This document shows positions 9,646-21,932 of a stretch of DNA of 60,880 nt, piece after piece. Both the position numbers and the translations under genes were made by a program. Each line of letters opens with the position of its first letter. Position 1 is the stretch's first letter. The stretch covers positions 1 through 60,880 of IMG/VR virus record IMGVR_UViG_3300020392_000016. One strand, given 5' to 3'. This stretch comes from a virus. Taxonomy: Duplodnaviria > Caudoviricetes. The notes beneath the pieces are model-generated. The model made no database searches. It was given only the letters and a program-made list of their open reading frames with translations, and was not told where the DNA came from.

Positions 9646-11772
9646 ATGAGTTTAGACTTAACAAAATACAGGAAAGCAACACACGACCATATCGGAGTTG
9701 CGGGTAGTTATACAGATACTTTTATAGAAGCACAAGGAGCTAGCGCCACAAGCGCTAGTTCTGATGCTTTTGTAAGATGGGTACCTAATAACAAGAGTGG
9801 TTCTGGTTACTTGACAGGTACGGTTGCAACCAACCTATCTGCTAGTGGTTATTTACAGTACAATTGTACTAGTTCTGGTTATCATGCTCTTTACTTTAGA
9901 TATTATGATGACACTAATACATATAACAATAGTAATACTGCACCTGGTATTAGACTAATATCAGCAACTTACCATGCAAATAATAATACTGGTTCTACCA
10001 GCCTTGGTGAACAAATAGATGCTTTTCTAAACCAATCTGGATATGATGAAGGTTTCTTAGTAATTGTCAATAAAAATAGAATTGCTAGTAACGGTACTTT
10101 AAATACTGCAATGTTATTAGCAAGATCTTGGAGACATGAAGTTACTATGGGAACAAGTCAAACGCTAAAAGATTTTAGTTATGCAACTTGTATAACTAAT
10201 ATATCTTCTTCTAATGCAAATGCGCCTTTTAGTAATGGTGCTGCACCAGCTGTAAATGCAATAGGTATAATATCTGAGTCTTTAGCTGGTACTGGAAGTG
10301 GTCATGTTAACGGAGCAATCGAATTATGTATCGAACATGATAAAGATAAAATTGGACATGCTGGTTATGGAAAAGATTTAGCATCTGGTTTTGGTAAAGG
10401 TAATAATTATCTAGGAATGACATCAAACCAAACAAGACAGGTAACTATAAACTACGCTAATCCTAATCATCAATCTGTATCAAAAGAAGAATATGTCAGA
10501 GCTACATTTGAAGCTAGAGTAGGACAAGGTGCACTTAATACTGGCGGTTCAGTACAAGTACAATTAGAAGAAGAGTCTGCAAGTGGATCAGTGGTTGGAG
10601 GAACTACTGTCGGTGATGTAGAAGGTCCATGTGATATATGGAATAAGTATGAGGTAAGACTTAAAAAGTCAACTCAAACAAACGGTAGTAATCCATATAT
10701 TAATATCAATATAAATGTAAATACAGGTGGTGCTAATGTAGGTTTTCAGAAAGTAGACGTTAAGAATTTAGAAGTCTTTAAATGTGGTTTTGGTCCAGAT
10801 AGTCAAAGAGATGTTGCCGTACATAAATGGCATGTAAACGCATTAGACATAGAGGAGTCTCCTGCTGATTTTAAAATGGGAGATATAGAAAAGTTTAAAG
10901 GTTTCTATGATGCTAATAGAAATCTAGCAGATCAGACTGAAACATATACCACATACACTGATTTAACAGGTGGTGGAAGTTCACTTAGAAATAGACAACA
11001 CCATGGAGGTTCAACTTCAGGTTCACAAGGTTCATACAATTTCCCAAGAATAGGACCTTATTCATTTACTTCAACTTCAAGTAGTAATCAAGATTTCTTT
11101 GTGTATGAAGCTCCTAGTCCAACTAATAATACAACAAAAATTTGGGAAATAGGCGCTGGAGGCCCGACAACAAGTTTAACAGGTACTTCAATAAACCACG
11201 AGAAATTATATATGGCTGGTGTTTGGATGAGAGTGAGAAGAAATAATCCAACTGGTTCAAACCTTGCACCTAATAGAGTTAGTATAACAGCAACAGGTTT
11301 AAATAGTTCAGGTAATGCTATTCAAATGGCAGGTAATACAGGTTCAGCACCTTCTGGTTTTCACATGTTGCAATCCATTAACATGAACAGTTATCCTAAT
11401 CTAACAGCAGATAGACAAGAATGGAAACTATTGAATGGTTTCTTCTTACCTTCTTGGATGACAACTACAGAAAGAGGTACATGGAAGACTAACTATTGGG
11501 GTAAATGGGCTGGACAATTCGAACATGGTGAAGGTTCAGATCCTGATAAATGTATGAATGGAATTACAGGCTATGGTATTAATACTGCTACAGCAGGTTA
11601 TGTAGCAGGTATGAATTCTAGTGTTGTTAAGATAGCACCTAGAATAGTCGTAGAACAATATAATAATACGGATCTATGGGTGGAATTTACATATCCATTT
11701 ATAGTAGAGATAGATCCGGCTAATTTTAATGACGAAGGCCAAGCATTCTTTTGGGATGTTGGTGAGGCATAA
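9646..11772 (+). CDS. Putative receptor-binding / carbohydrate-binding virion protein
   Basis: 708 aa beta-rich; its C-terminal domain resembles the internal domain of ORF 13986. Confidence 0.45.
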   Translation: MSLDLTKYRKATHDHIGVAGSYTDTFIEAQGASATSASSDAFVRWVPNNKSGSGYLTGTVATNLSASGYLQYNCTSSGYHALYFRYYDDTNTYNNSNTAPGIRLISATYHANNNTGSTSLGEQIDAFLNQSGYDEGFLVIVNKNRIASNGTLNTAMLLARSWRHEVTMGTSQTLKDFSYATCITNISSSNANAPFSNGAAPAVNAIGIISESLAGTGSGHVNGAIELCIEHDKDKIGHAGYGKDLASGFGKGNNYLGMTSNQTRQVTINYANPNHQSVSKEEYVRATFEARVGQGALNTGGSVQVQLEEESASGSVVGGTTVGDVEGPCDIWNKYEVRLKKSTQTNGSNPYINININVNTGGANVGFQKVDVKNLEVFKCGFGPDSQRDVAVHKWHVNALDIEESPADFKMGDIEKFKGFYDANRNLADQTETYTTYTDLTGGGSSLRNRQHHGGSTSGSQGSYNFPRIGPYSFTSTSSSNQDFFVYEAPSPTNNTTKIWEIGAGGPTTSLTGTSINHEKLYMAGVWMRVRRNNPTGSNLAPNRVSITATGLNSSGNAIQMAGNTGSAPSGFHMLQSINMNSYPNLTADRQEWKLLNGFFLPSWMTTTERGTWKTNYWGKWAGQFEHGEGSDPDKCMNGITGYGINTATAGYVAGMNSSVVKIAPRIVVEQYNNTDLWVEFTYPFIVEIDPANFNDEGQAFFWDVGEA

Positions 11773-11820
11773 TAAAAGAATTGAATATATACAATAAGAT
11801 AAAAACAGAAAAACTAAACA

Positions 11821-13965
<2,145 letters not shown>

Positions 13966-13985
13966 TAATATAATAAAGCAAAAGC

Positions 13986-16784
13986 ATGGCTGACTACAAT
14001 AGAATACTTATTGCAGGTAATCCGGTACTAACAACCGATAACTTATCCGAGGACAACTTCCCACATCTATTAGGTGAGAAAGGTGCTGAAGGTGGTGCTG
14101 GTTCTAAAGGTACAACTGGTTCTAAAGGTACTAAAGGAGCAAAAGGTACAAAAGGTGCTGAAGGTGGCCAAGGTGACCAAGGTTCAAAAGGAACAAAGGG
14201 TGGTGTAGGTCCACAGGGTGATAAAGGTTCAAAAGGACGTAAAGGTGCGGCTGGTGAAGACATAGAACTAAAAGCAGCTTCAGGAGCCGCGGGTGATAAA
14301 GGTAATACTGGTTCAAAAGGTGCTACAGGTGCTCAAGGTGCTGAAGGTGGAATTGGTGATGACGGTGCAAAAGGTGTAAAAGGTATCAAAGGTACTGGAG
14401 GTAGTGCTGGTGAAAAAGGAGCTACAGGTTCAAAAGGACCACAAGGAACTGCTGGTTCACAAGGTGCTACAGGTTCAAAAGGTAATAAAGGTGAGACAGG
14501 TGCAACAGGCGGTCAAGGTGCTAAAGGAGATACTGGTCCAAAAGGTGAAGTAGGTGATGATGGTACTCCTGGCTCAAGTCCAGCAGGTCAAAAAGGTGCA
14601 CAAGGTGCAAAAGGTAACACTGGCCCAAGTCCAATAGGTGACCAAGGTGCAAAAGGTGACCAAGGTGCTCAAGGTGCTACTGGTGATACTGGTATAGACG
14701 TAAGTGGTGCTGCAAAAGATAATCTGTTTGCAGACTTTGGAGACCAAGGTGCACAAGGTGCACAAGGTGACCAAGGTGGTATTGGTGACCAGGGTGGAGT
14801 AGGTGATAGTCCAACTGGTGACAAAGGTCCAACTGGTGACCAAGGTGCAAAAGGTAATACTGGTGAACAAGGTGAGATTGGTGGTCAGGGTGCAAAAGGT
14901 AATACTGGTGCAAAAGGTAAAACAGGTGACCAAGGTGTACAAGGTGACCAAGGTCCAACTGGTGCGACTGGTCTAGACGGTTACGTAAGTGTTAATAACG
15001 TAGAAGGTGGATCTGGTTCTTTTGATGGCGGTAACATGATTGATTATTCAACATGGGTAGCTGGTAACTCTTCTGCTACTGGTTTCTCACGTAATGGTGA
15101 TGCAAATGAAAACTTAATTATCGAAGGAGAAGGTCCTTTCGGTGAGAATACTCTATTATGGAAAACAATTCCAAACGGTCTTGGTAATAACGGTGATGGT
15201 GGTTGGAATAGTTCATACGTCAGTGTAGACCACACTAAACTATATAGGATTAGTGTATGGATGAAAAGAATTTCGGACCAAGCAAACGGTACATTCTATT
15301 TAGGAACAAACGGTGGTGGAGCATGTGTATTACAAGGAAACAATGGTGCATCACAATGTAATCCATATTTTGAATGTCGTGGTGTTAGTGGTTATACAAA
15401 AGATCAATGGTATTTAGTAGTAGGTCACGTATATCCTTCTAGTACTTCAACTCCAGTAGCAAGACATGCACAGACAGGTGTATATACAATGTCTGGTGAA
15501 GCATTTGAAACCAATGGTTGTAACCTAGGCGGTGATGCAGTAATGCAAACTACAACCACATCGCTTAGACATAGAACATATCATTTCTATGCTAATAGTT
15601 CTGGTACAGAATTAGTATTCGCATATCCAAGAATAGAACAGGTTACTCCTGCAACGCCTAACATTGTAGATGGTTATTTAGCTGATTCATTCACTAATGT
15701 AGGTCCTAAAGGTACACAAGGTGACACAGGTGCTACTGGTCCTAAAGGTGGAATAGGTGATTCTCCAGCAGGTGATACAGGTGACCAAGGTGCAAAAGGT
15801 AATACTGGTCCTAAAGGTGACCAAGGTGACCAAGGTCCAAAAGGTAGTGTTGGTGGAGACGGTGCTGGAGGTACAAAAGGTTTCTTTGGATTAGGTGGTG
15901 TAACTGGTGACCAAGGTGGTGTAGGAGATGAAGGCCCTAAAGGTGGTGAAGGAGATGTGGGTGACCAAGGTGCTACAGGTCCAAAAGGTCCAAAAGGAGA
16001 TATAGGCCCTAAAGGTGGTGTAGGAGATGAAGGTGACCAAGGTGCACAAGGTGACCAAGGTGACCAAGGTGATAAAGGTAACACTGGTCCTAAAGGTGCA
16101 GTTGGTGACCAAGGTGAACAAGGTGAGACTGGTGACCAAGGAGAACAAGGTGGCGGAGGTGATAAAGGTCCAGATGGTGATAAAGGTGAAGTTGGTGACA
16201 AAGGTCCAGGTGGTGATAAAGGTCCAACTGGTGACAAAGGTCCAACTGGTGACAAAGGTCCAGGTGGTGGTCAAGGTGGAGATGGTCTTATAGGTTTTCA
16301 AGGCGAACAAGGTCCAACTGGTCCAAAGGGTGCAAAAGGTAACACAGGTCCAAAAGGTGTAAAAGGTAATACTGGCCCAACAGGTGCAAAAGGCGTAACA
16401 GGTTCTCAAGGTGCAAAAGGTAATACTGGTCAGAAAGGTGTCCAAGGTCCACAAGGTGCTACAGGTCCAACTGGCACATCGTCAGGTGGTCAAGGTGCAA
16501 AAGGTCAAAAAGGACAAACCGGTGCTCAGGGCCCACAAGGTCCAGCTGGAACTGGTGGAACTCTACAGTCTTATGAAATTACATCACAATGTTTTAGCAG
16601 TAGCTCAGGTACATATACAGATACAGGTGGTACTCAATTCTGGCAAGTAGGTTTCTTTAGTTCTCTACAAGTATGTTCAACAACTTTCCCTCAATGCTCT
16701 AGTAATTGTGGATGTGTAAATATAGGATTAGGCTTTTCGATTTGTGGTCCAGGAGGAGGCGAACCAGGAAAACCTCAAAGATAA
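13986..16784 (+). CDS. Collagen-like fibre with internal CBM-like domain and Cys-rich tip
   Basis: Two interrupted Gly-X-Y blocks flank a globular domain (approx. 14975-15700); C-terminal 70 aa contain 6 Cys. Confidence 0.8.
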   Translation: MADYNRILIAGNPVLTTDNLSEDNFPHLLGEKGAEGGAGSKGTTGSKGTKGAKGTKGAEGGQGDQGSKGTKGGVGPQGDKGSKGRKGAAGEDIELKAASGAAGDKGNTGSKGATGAQGAEGGIGDDGAKGVKGIKGTGGSAGEKGATGSKGPQGTAGSQGATGSKGNKGETGATGGQGAKGDTGPKGEVGDDGTPGSSPAGQKGAQGAKGNTGPSPIGDQGAKGDQGAQGATGDTGIDVSGAAKDNLFADFGDQGAQGAQGDQGGIGDQGGVGDSPTGDKGPTGDQGAKGNTGEQGEIGGQGAKGNTGAKGKTGDQGVQGDQGPTGATGLDGYVSVNNVEGGSGSFDGGNMIDYSTWVAGNSSATGFSRNGDANENLIIEGEGPFGENTLLWKTIPNGLGNNGDGGWNSSYVSVDHTKLYRISVWMKRISDQANGTFYLGTNGGGACVLQGNNGASQCNPYFECRGVSGYTKDQWYLVVGHVYPSSTSTPVARHAQTGVYTMSGEAFETNGCNLGGDAVMQTTTTSLRHRTYHFYANSSGTELVFAYPRIEQVTPATPNIVDGYLADSFTNVGPKGTQGDTGATGPKGGIGDSPAGDTGDQGAKGNTGPKGDQGDQGPKGSVGGDGAGGTKGFFGLGGVTGDQGGVGDEGPKGGEGDVGDQGATGPKGPKGDIGPKGGVGDEGDQGAQGDQGDQGDKGNTGPKGAVGDQGEQGETGDQGEQGGGGDKGPDGDKGEVGDKGPGGDKGPTGDKGPTGDKGPGGGQGGDGLIGFQGEQGPTGPKGAKGNTGPKGVKGNTGPTGAKGVTGSQGAKGNTGQKGVQGPQGATGPTGTSSGGQGAKGQKGQTGAQGPQGPAGTGGTLQSYEITSQCFSSSSGTYTDTGGTQFWQVGFFSSLQVCSTTFPQCSSNCGCVNIGLGFSICGPGGGEPGKPQR

Positions 16785-16797
16785 ATAGATAGTAAAC

Positions 16798-17697
16798 ATG
16801 GAATACTTTGATTCAAATAGATACTTTTCACTAACTGGTAATACATGGGCATATAAGCATGATATTTTACCATCAGCTCAACATAGACTATCTAGTAGTA
16901 TTGCTGAACCAACTGGTTCTGCGGTAGATAAAATTAAAGCTGTAGAGACTGTTTGGTATAAGTTTAATACACTAGGTGGTGAGATGGGTTTCCCTGAAGA
17001 CGTTACTGAAATGGGTCTAATGGCTCAAGACTTAATGGCTGTTGAACCATCTTTAGTTAGAGAAATGGATTGGTTAGGTCCAGATGCTGCAGGTGAAGGT
17101 CAAGGAGGTTTCTATATGATAGACTATAATGCTCTTAACGTTTTAGTTCTTGATGCATTAAATGAATTAAATGCTAGAGCTGAAGCTGCAAAAGTACAAT
17201 TAGGTATTACTCCAGCAGAAACATATCCTGCTAGAGCAACTACAACTACTCTAGCGCCACATGCTTCTAACTTTGCATTGAGTGTAACTCCTACAAGCGG
17301 ACCTGAAGGTTCAGAGTCAGTTTGGACTTTAACATGTGATAATGCCGTTGAAGGTCTGGTAGTCGGTTTTAAAATCGGAGGAACATGTGATATAGATGAT
17401 ATTTCATGTGACGAGCCAAGAGTTTACTTAACTCATGTCACAGATGATGATTTATTAGACGAAGATAAAGACTATGCTACTGACTATGACTCAGACTTAG
17501 AAGGTCGTATGTTTGGTATATTTTGGTTTGACGCAGCTGCCGCTGCAGCAGGTTCACTTTCAATTACACTGAAATACAATGTAGATAATTTAGCTGAAGG
17601 TGACGAGACTATTATTATGACTATGAAGCCACGTGATAATAAAGGAGGTCCTGGCCCAGGTAATAGCGTGACCGCTACTGCAGTAATCACATCTTAA
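16798..17697 (+). CDS. Stand-alone S74-like chaperone domain fused to a Calx-beta/Ig-like domain
   Basis: AVDKIKAV..YKFN..GLMAQDL..VEPSLV..IDYNAL..DALNEL; C-terminal DNLAEGDETI. Confidence 0.6.
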   Translation: MEYFDSNRYFSLTGNTWAYKHDILPSAQHRLSSSIAEPTGSAVDKIKAVETVWYKFNTLGGEMGFPEDVTEMGLMAQDLMAVEPSLVREMDWLGPDAAGEGQGGFYMIDYNALNVLVLDALNELNARAEAAKVQLGITPAETYPARATTTTLAPHASNFALSVTPTSGPEGSESVWTLTCDNAVEGLVVGFKIGGTCDIDDISCDEPRVYLTHVTDDDLLDEDKDYATDYDSDLEGRMFGIFWFDAAAAAAGSLSITLKYNVDNLAEGDETIIMTMKPRDNKGGPGPGNSVTATAVITS

Positions 17698-17739
17698 GCA
17701 AAAGAGACTAGGATACATATATTCTAATACAGTCTCACA

Positions 17740-18240
17740 TTGTTAAAACGTTTAAGCATATTAATAACTATATTCTGTGTTTGCTTACATTTTCTGCAAA
17801 CACCAGATACTAATAAGTATAATACATCCAACAAAAAGATTTTTAAATATACTATTGTAGATATAGTTAACAATAAATCTATTCAAGACTTCTTAACAGA
17901 TTCTATAAATTTTAATCCACCCTATCGTGGTCCTGTAATTAAACTTAAATTTGCACCCCTACATCCTAGAATTGGAGGTTTAACTACACAGGTTACAGAC
18001 AGAGTTTATTTTATACAAATAAATTCTTTATACCCATTGCTTTCTGCAAGAAGAATTCTAATGCATGAGTTAATTCATGTTTTTCAATTTGAAAAAGAAT
18101 GGTTAAAAGAATTACCAGGTGGTGTGGTTTTATGGAAAGGTAATTATTACACTTGGGGATTACCATGGTCACAAAGACCTTGGGAAATACAAGCAGAAGA
18201 ATGGACTGAAGAGCTGTTCAAAATTGAGCTAGATAAATAA
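17740..18240 (+). CDS. Small zincin metallopeptidase-like protein
   Basis: HELIH motif and downstream PWEIQAE; hydrophobic N-terminus; TTG start uncertain. Confidence 0.6.
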   Translation: MLKRLSILITIFCVCLHFLQTPDTNKYNTSNKKIFKYTIVDIVNNKSIQDFLTDSINFNPPYRGPVIKLKFAPLHPRIGGLTTQVTDRVYFIQINSLYPLLSARRILMHELIHVFQFEKEWLKELPGGVVLWKGNYYTWGLPWSQRPWEIQAEEWTEELFKIELDK

Positions 18241-18247
18241 TCTATAA

Positions 18248-18275
18248 GAAACAATTTTAATTTCTTTAGTATAAC
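18248..18275 (+). promoter_or_regulatory. GAAAC-N17-TATAAC promoter-like motif
   Basis: Same motif recurs at 23211, 29190, 35047, 35987 and 46457. Confidence 0.6.
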
Positions 18276-18291
18276 TTTTAAAAACTTACAC

Positions 18292-18921
18292 ATGGCAAAA
18301 TACGTTTTCGAACAAGAACAAAACGATCCCCAACAGTATTACTGGTTCAAGAATGCTTTATCAAAAGAAGAAGTAGACCGTGTTATAGCAACAGCAGAAA
18401 AATTACCTATCCATAGAGCAACTACCATAGGTTCAGATGGAGAAGTCACAGAAGCAAATGACCCAAATGGTGTTAGATCTTCAATGATAAAATGGATCCC
18501 ACAGAAAGATGAGTGGGATTGGTTGTATGATAGAATGAAAGACCTCTGTCTAGAAGCCAATAACACATTATGGAAGTTTGATTTACATTCAGCACCAGAA
18601 CAAATACAATATACAGAATACTACGACCACGAGAATGGTCACTATGACTGGCACCAAGATATTGGACCTGGTTTTACTCCATCCAGAAGAAAGATTTCAA
18701 TAACTATTCAATTATCAGATACTGATGAATACCAAGGTGGTGATTTACAAATTACTAGTGGTGGTAATGGACCTGACGGACTTATGCCTTCTATGACTTG
18801 TCCTAGAGGTGCAGGTGTTGGAGTTCTTTTCCCTAGTTACATGATGCACAGAGTTTCACCAATTACAAAAGGTACAAGAAAATCTCTAGTACTTTGGGTA
18901 GGTGGAGCACATTACAAATAA
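18292..18921 (+). CDS. 2OG-Fe(II) oxygenase, prolyl 4-hydroxylase/PKHD-like
   Basis: WHQD (HxD), YQGGDL, FPSYMMHRV (distal His), RKSLVLW (2OG-binding Arg). Confidence 0.85.
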   Translation: MAKYVFEQEQNDPQQYYWFKNALSKEEVDRVIATAEKLPIHRATTIGSDGEVTEANDPNGVRSSMIKWIPQKDEWDWLYDRMKDLCLEANNTLWKFDLHSAPEQIQYTEYYDHENGHYDWHQDIGPGFTPSRRKISITIQLSDTDEYQGGDLQITSGGNGPDGLMPSMTCPRGAGVGVLFPSYMMHRVSPITKGTRKSLVLWVGGAHYK

Positions 18922-18924
18922 AAT

Positions 18925-20046
18925 ATGAGAGTACTGTTTTGGGTAGGCTATCGATTTGAAGACTGGAATAGCCAATCAGATGGTTTAGGTGGAACTGAAA
19001 TAGCAGTTTCTAAAGTAGCAGAGTCTTTAGCACAATATGGACATGAAGTTACAGTCGCAGGAGAAGTTATCTCAGGCGTACATAATCGTGTAACATGGTT
19101 AAGCCTTTCAGACTTTACGAACCAAAGCTTCAAAAAAGACCCTAACAGATTTGATATAGTAGTAGGAGTTAATTACTTACACTTCGTACAACTTCTAGAT
19201 GACGAAGGTTTAAAACCAAAACACTTAGTATTCTGGTTACACAATACAGAATGGCATGAATACTATAAAGGTGAAGTTCTAGATAACCAAATGGACTTAT
19301 TACACAGAATAGACACTGTGGTAACGCCCAGCGCATGGTCTAATCAACGATTTATGGAAACTTATATAACACCATTCCGTAATAGTCCTCGCCGCTGGAA
19401 TGGCTTAGTTCAATCACAGGTCAATGGTATCGATCCTCTTAAATTTAAAATGAAATGTGCTAAAGATCCTAATAAATTTATTTGGTCTTCTGCAGTTGAT
19501 AGAGGTTTAGATAAATTGCTTGACAATTGGTGGAGAGTTAAAGAGGCAATGCCAGAAGCAACACTAGATATTTACTATCCAAAATACTCTGACCCTCATG
19601 TTCAAGATGACAGAAATTGGTATAATATAAGTGGTATTCTAGATAAATTAGAAAATGTAAAAGATCTTGGTGTAAATGATATGGGAAGTGTAAGTCAAGA
19701 TGAACTTCATTTAGCTATGCAGAAAGCTAGTTATTGGATGTATCTTACTGATTACGAAGAGACCTTTTGTATTACAGCTTTAGAAATGCAAATGGCAGGA
19801 GTATTTTGTATTGTATCAGATACAGCAGCATTACCATTTGTAGTTAAAGATGGTATAATTGTACCTACTACAAATGATGAAACAATGTTTAAAAATTCGA
19901 TACAATTATTAAGCATGATGGACCAAGGTCTAAAGCATAAAGCTCTAAGAGATGCAAAAGAAAGAGCTAAATTATTCAACTGGGACTTAGTAGGTCAAAG
20001 TTGGCATGACATGTTAAAAACATATTTATTACATAGAGCAAAATGA
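18925..20046 (+). CDS. GT-B fold (GT4-like) glycosyltransferase
   Basis: GLGGTE, NGID, SSAVDRGL and EETFCITALEMQMAG (E-x7-E) motifs. Confidence 0.85.
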   Translation: MRVLFWVGYRFEDWNSQSDGLGGTEIAVSKVAESLAQYGHEVTVAGEVISGVHNRVTWLSLSDFTNQSFKKDPNRFDIVVGVNYLHFVQLLDDEGLKPKHLVFWLHNTEWHEYYKGEVLDNQMDLLHRIDTVVTPSAWSNQRFMETYITPFRNSPRRWNGLVQSQVNGIDPLKFKMKCAKDPNKFIWSSAVDRGLDKLLDNWWRVKEAMPEATLDIYYPKYSDPHVQDDRNWYNISGILDKLENVKDLGVNDMGSVSQDELHLAMQKASYWMYLTDYEETFCITALEMQMAGVFCIVSDTAALPFVVKDGIIVPTTNDETMFKNSIQLLSMMDQGLKHKALRDAKERAKLFNWDLVGQSWHDMLKTYLLHRAK

Positions 20047-21464
20047 GAATTAACAAAATATACGTTATTAGTTTAGGAATATATTCTAAACCAAAATTAC
20101 AAGAAGCAATAGAAGCTAAATTAGAAGACATGGACTTCTTTGCTAATACAGGATATGAAATTCTTGAAGCATTTGATGGTAGAGATGGTGCAATTGAAGA
20201 TGGGTATTCTGTTTATCAAAACTGGGACTTAGGTAAAGGTACATGGAACGACTGGTGGCAAAGACCTGTTTTAGGTGGAGAAATCGGTTGTGCAATATCA
20301 CATAGAAAAGTATGGGAAAGAATTGTATTCGATGGACATGGTTTATCTTTAGTTTTAGAAGAAGACTTTATTATGAATGAGGGTGGTTCAATCGCAGCCC
20401 TACAAGACCCTCCGGTTAGTTCTAACTGGGATATTGCTCTATTAGGTAGAGATAAAATTGAAAGAGACGTAGAAGAAGCTACTATTGATAATGTATGGTG
20501 TAGGCCTAGACACTTCTATAATCTACATGCTTATGTAATTAAGAATTCAGATGTTGCTAAAAGACTTTTATCAGGTGGTTTAAAAGAGAATGTAATTCCA
20601 GTTGATGAATATGTAAGTGCTTTAGGTTATGCACATAGAAGAGAAGATGTTAGAAATATGTTTCCACCATCAATGACAATTATAGCTACACAAGACCCAA
20701 ATTTTGTAGTACAAAAGAGAGAAGGTACTCCATTCAGAGAGTCTAGCATTGAGCCAACTGATGGTTCTTCTCCAAACGACACAATTGACATACCTGCAGA
20801 TGCAAATGGTATGCCACCATCCCCAAATGATATGCCTACAAATGAAAATTATTATGAGATTCTAGACGTTTCCGATTGGGACGCATGGAAAGAAAAGTAT
20901 GTAAATCTGTCAGTAGCAAAAGGTGAATATGACTTAATGGTTTCCGATAGAGGAGACAATGTATTTGAGTTCCCATTATTTACCCCTAAATTCTGTAAAG
21001 AAGCAGTCGCTCTTGCAGAGTCAAAAGATAATTGGACTATAGACAGACATGAATTTTATCCAACCAATGATGTTTTACTACAAGACATTGGTTTAGATGC
21101 TATTTACAATAGAGTATTAGATGAAGTTGTTAGACCTTTAGCTATTCATTTATGGAATTTAGAAGGAGAGTCTTGGAAAGGTTTTTCAAATGAAAACTTT
21201 ATGGCAAGATATACGACAAGTAGACAATCACATCTATCACTGCACCACGATAGAAGCCATTTAACGATGGTTATTAAATTGAATGATGAATTTAGTGGTG
21301 GTGGAACTTGGTTCCCTCAGTATCAAAAGTTATCTAATCCAGCAGAGATAGGTACAGCAGTACTTCACCCTGGAATGATAACACACAGACATGGAGCCCG
21401 ACCAATCACATTGGGCAAGAGATACATTATCGTATCATTCATTCGCTCTCATTTAGAGCCTTAA
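20043..21464 (+). CDS. Fusion of COLGALT-like GT25 glycosyltransferase and PLOD-like lysyl hydroxylase
   Basis: N-half: AFDG, GEIGCAISH..VW, LVLEED, WDIALLGR, AYVI, IPVDEY. C-half: WKEKY, FPLF..FC, PTND, NFMARY, HHD, GGGTWF, LHPG..THRHG, RYIIVSF. Confidence 0.85.
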   Translation: MRINKIYVISLGIYSKPKLQEAIEAKLEDMDFFANTGYEILEAFDGRDGAIEDGYSVYQNWDLGKGTWNDWWQRPVLGGEIGCAISHRKVWERIVFDGHGLSLVLEEDFIMNEGGSIAALQDPPVSSNWDIALLGRDKIERDVEEATIDNVWCRPRHFYNLHAYVIKNSDVAKRLLSGGLKENVIPVDEYVSALGYAHRREDVRNMFPPSMTIIATQDPNFVVQKREGTPFRESSIEPTDGSSPNDTIDIPADANGMPPSPNDMPTNENYYEILDVSDWDAWKEKYVNLSVAKGEYDLMVSDRGDNVFEFPLFTPKFCKEAVALAESKDNWTIDRHEFYPTNDVLLQDIGLDAIYNRVLDEVVRPLAIHLWNLEGESWKGFSNENFMARYTTSRQSHLSLHHDRSHLTMVIKLNDEFSGGGTWFPQYQKLSNPAEIGTAVLHPGMITHRHGARPITLGKRYIIVSFIRSHLEP

Positions 21465-21484
21465 TATACAAATAATTAATTAAT

Positions 21485-21913
21485 ATGAAACAAGAAATAA
21501 CATTACGCTCCATCACTGGAGACGACGGTCACTTAGTCTCTCCTGTTTTGAATGCAGGTAGAAAGAACTACTTAATTGACATTGACGGCACAATTACAGA
21601 TGATGTACCAAACGAAGAGCCAGAGAGAATGTCAGTAGTACTACCATATCAAGGAGCAAAAGATACATTAAATAAATGGTACGACGAAGGCCATGTAATT
21701 ACTTTCTTTACTTCAAGAACTGAAGATGTAAGAGATATTACAGAAGCTTGGTTAAATAAACATGGTTTTAAATACCATGGTCTATTAATGGGTAAACCTA
21801 GAGGTGGTAACTATCACTGGGTTGATAATCATATTGTTAAAGCTACACGATACGAAGGTAAGTGGGCAGATTTAGTAGAAGAAGAAAGAACAATAGAAGT
21901 ATTCCCATCTTAA
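21485..21913 (+). CDS. HAD-superfamily phosphatase-like protein (Flavobacteria-type)
   Basis: DIDGT motif I, FTSR motif II, MGKP. Confidence 0.75.
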   Translation: MKQEITLRSITGDDGHLVSPVLNAGRKNYLIDIDGTITDDVPNEEPERMSVVLPYQGAKDTLNKWYDEGHVITFFTSRTEDVRDITEAWLNKHGFKYHGLLMGKPRGGNYHWVDNHIVKATRYEGKWADLVEEERTIEVFPS

Positions 21914-21920
21914 ACTCATA

Positions 21921-21929
21921 GATATATAA
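21921..21929 (+). promoter_or_regulatory. GATATATAA late-promoter-like motif (representative copy)
   Basis: GATA[TAG]ATA or a close variant precedes most structural genes; see findings. Confidence 0.65.
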
Positions 21930-21932
21930 TCT

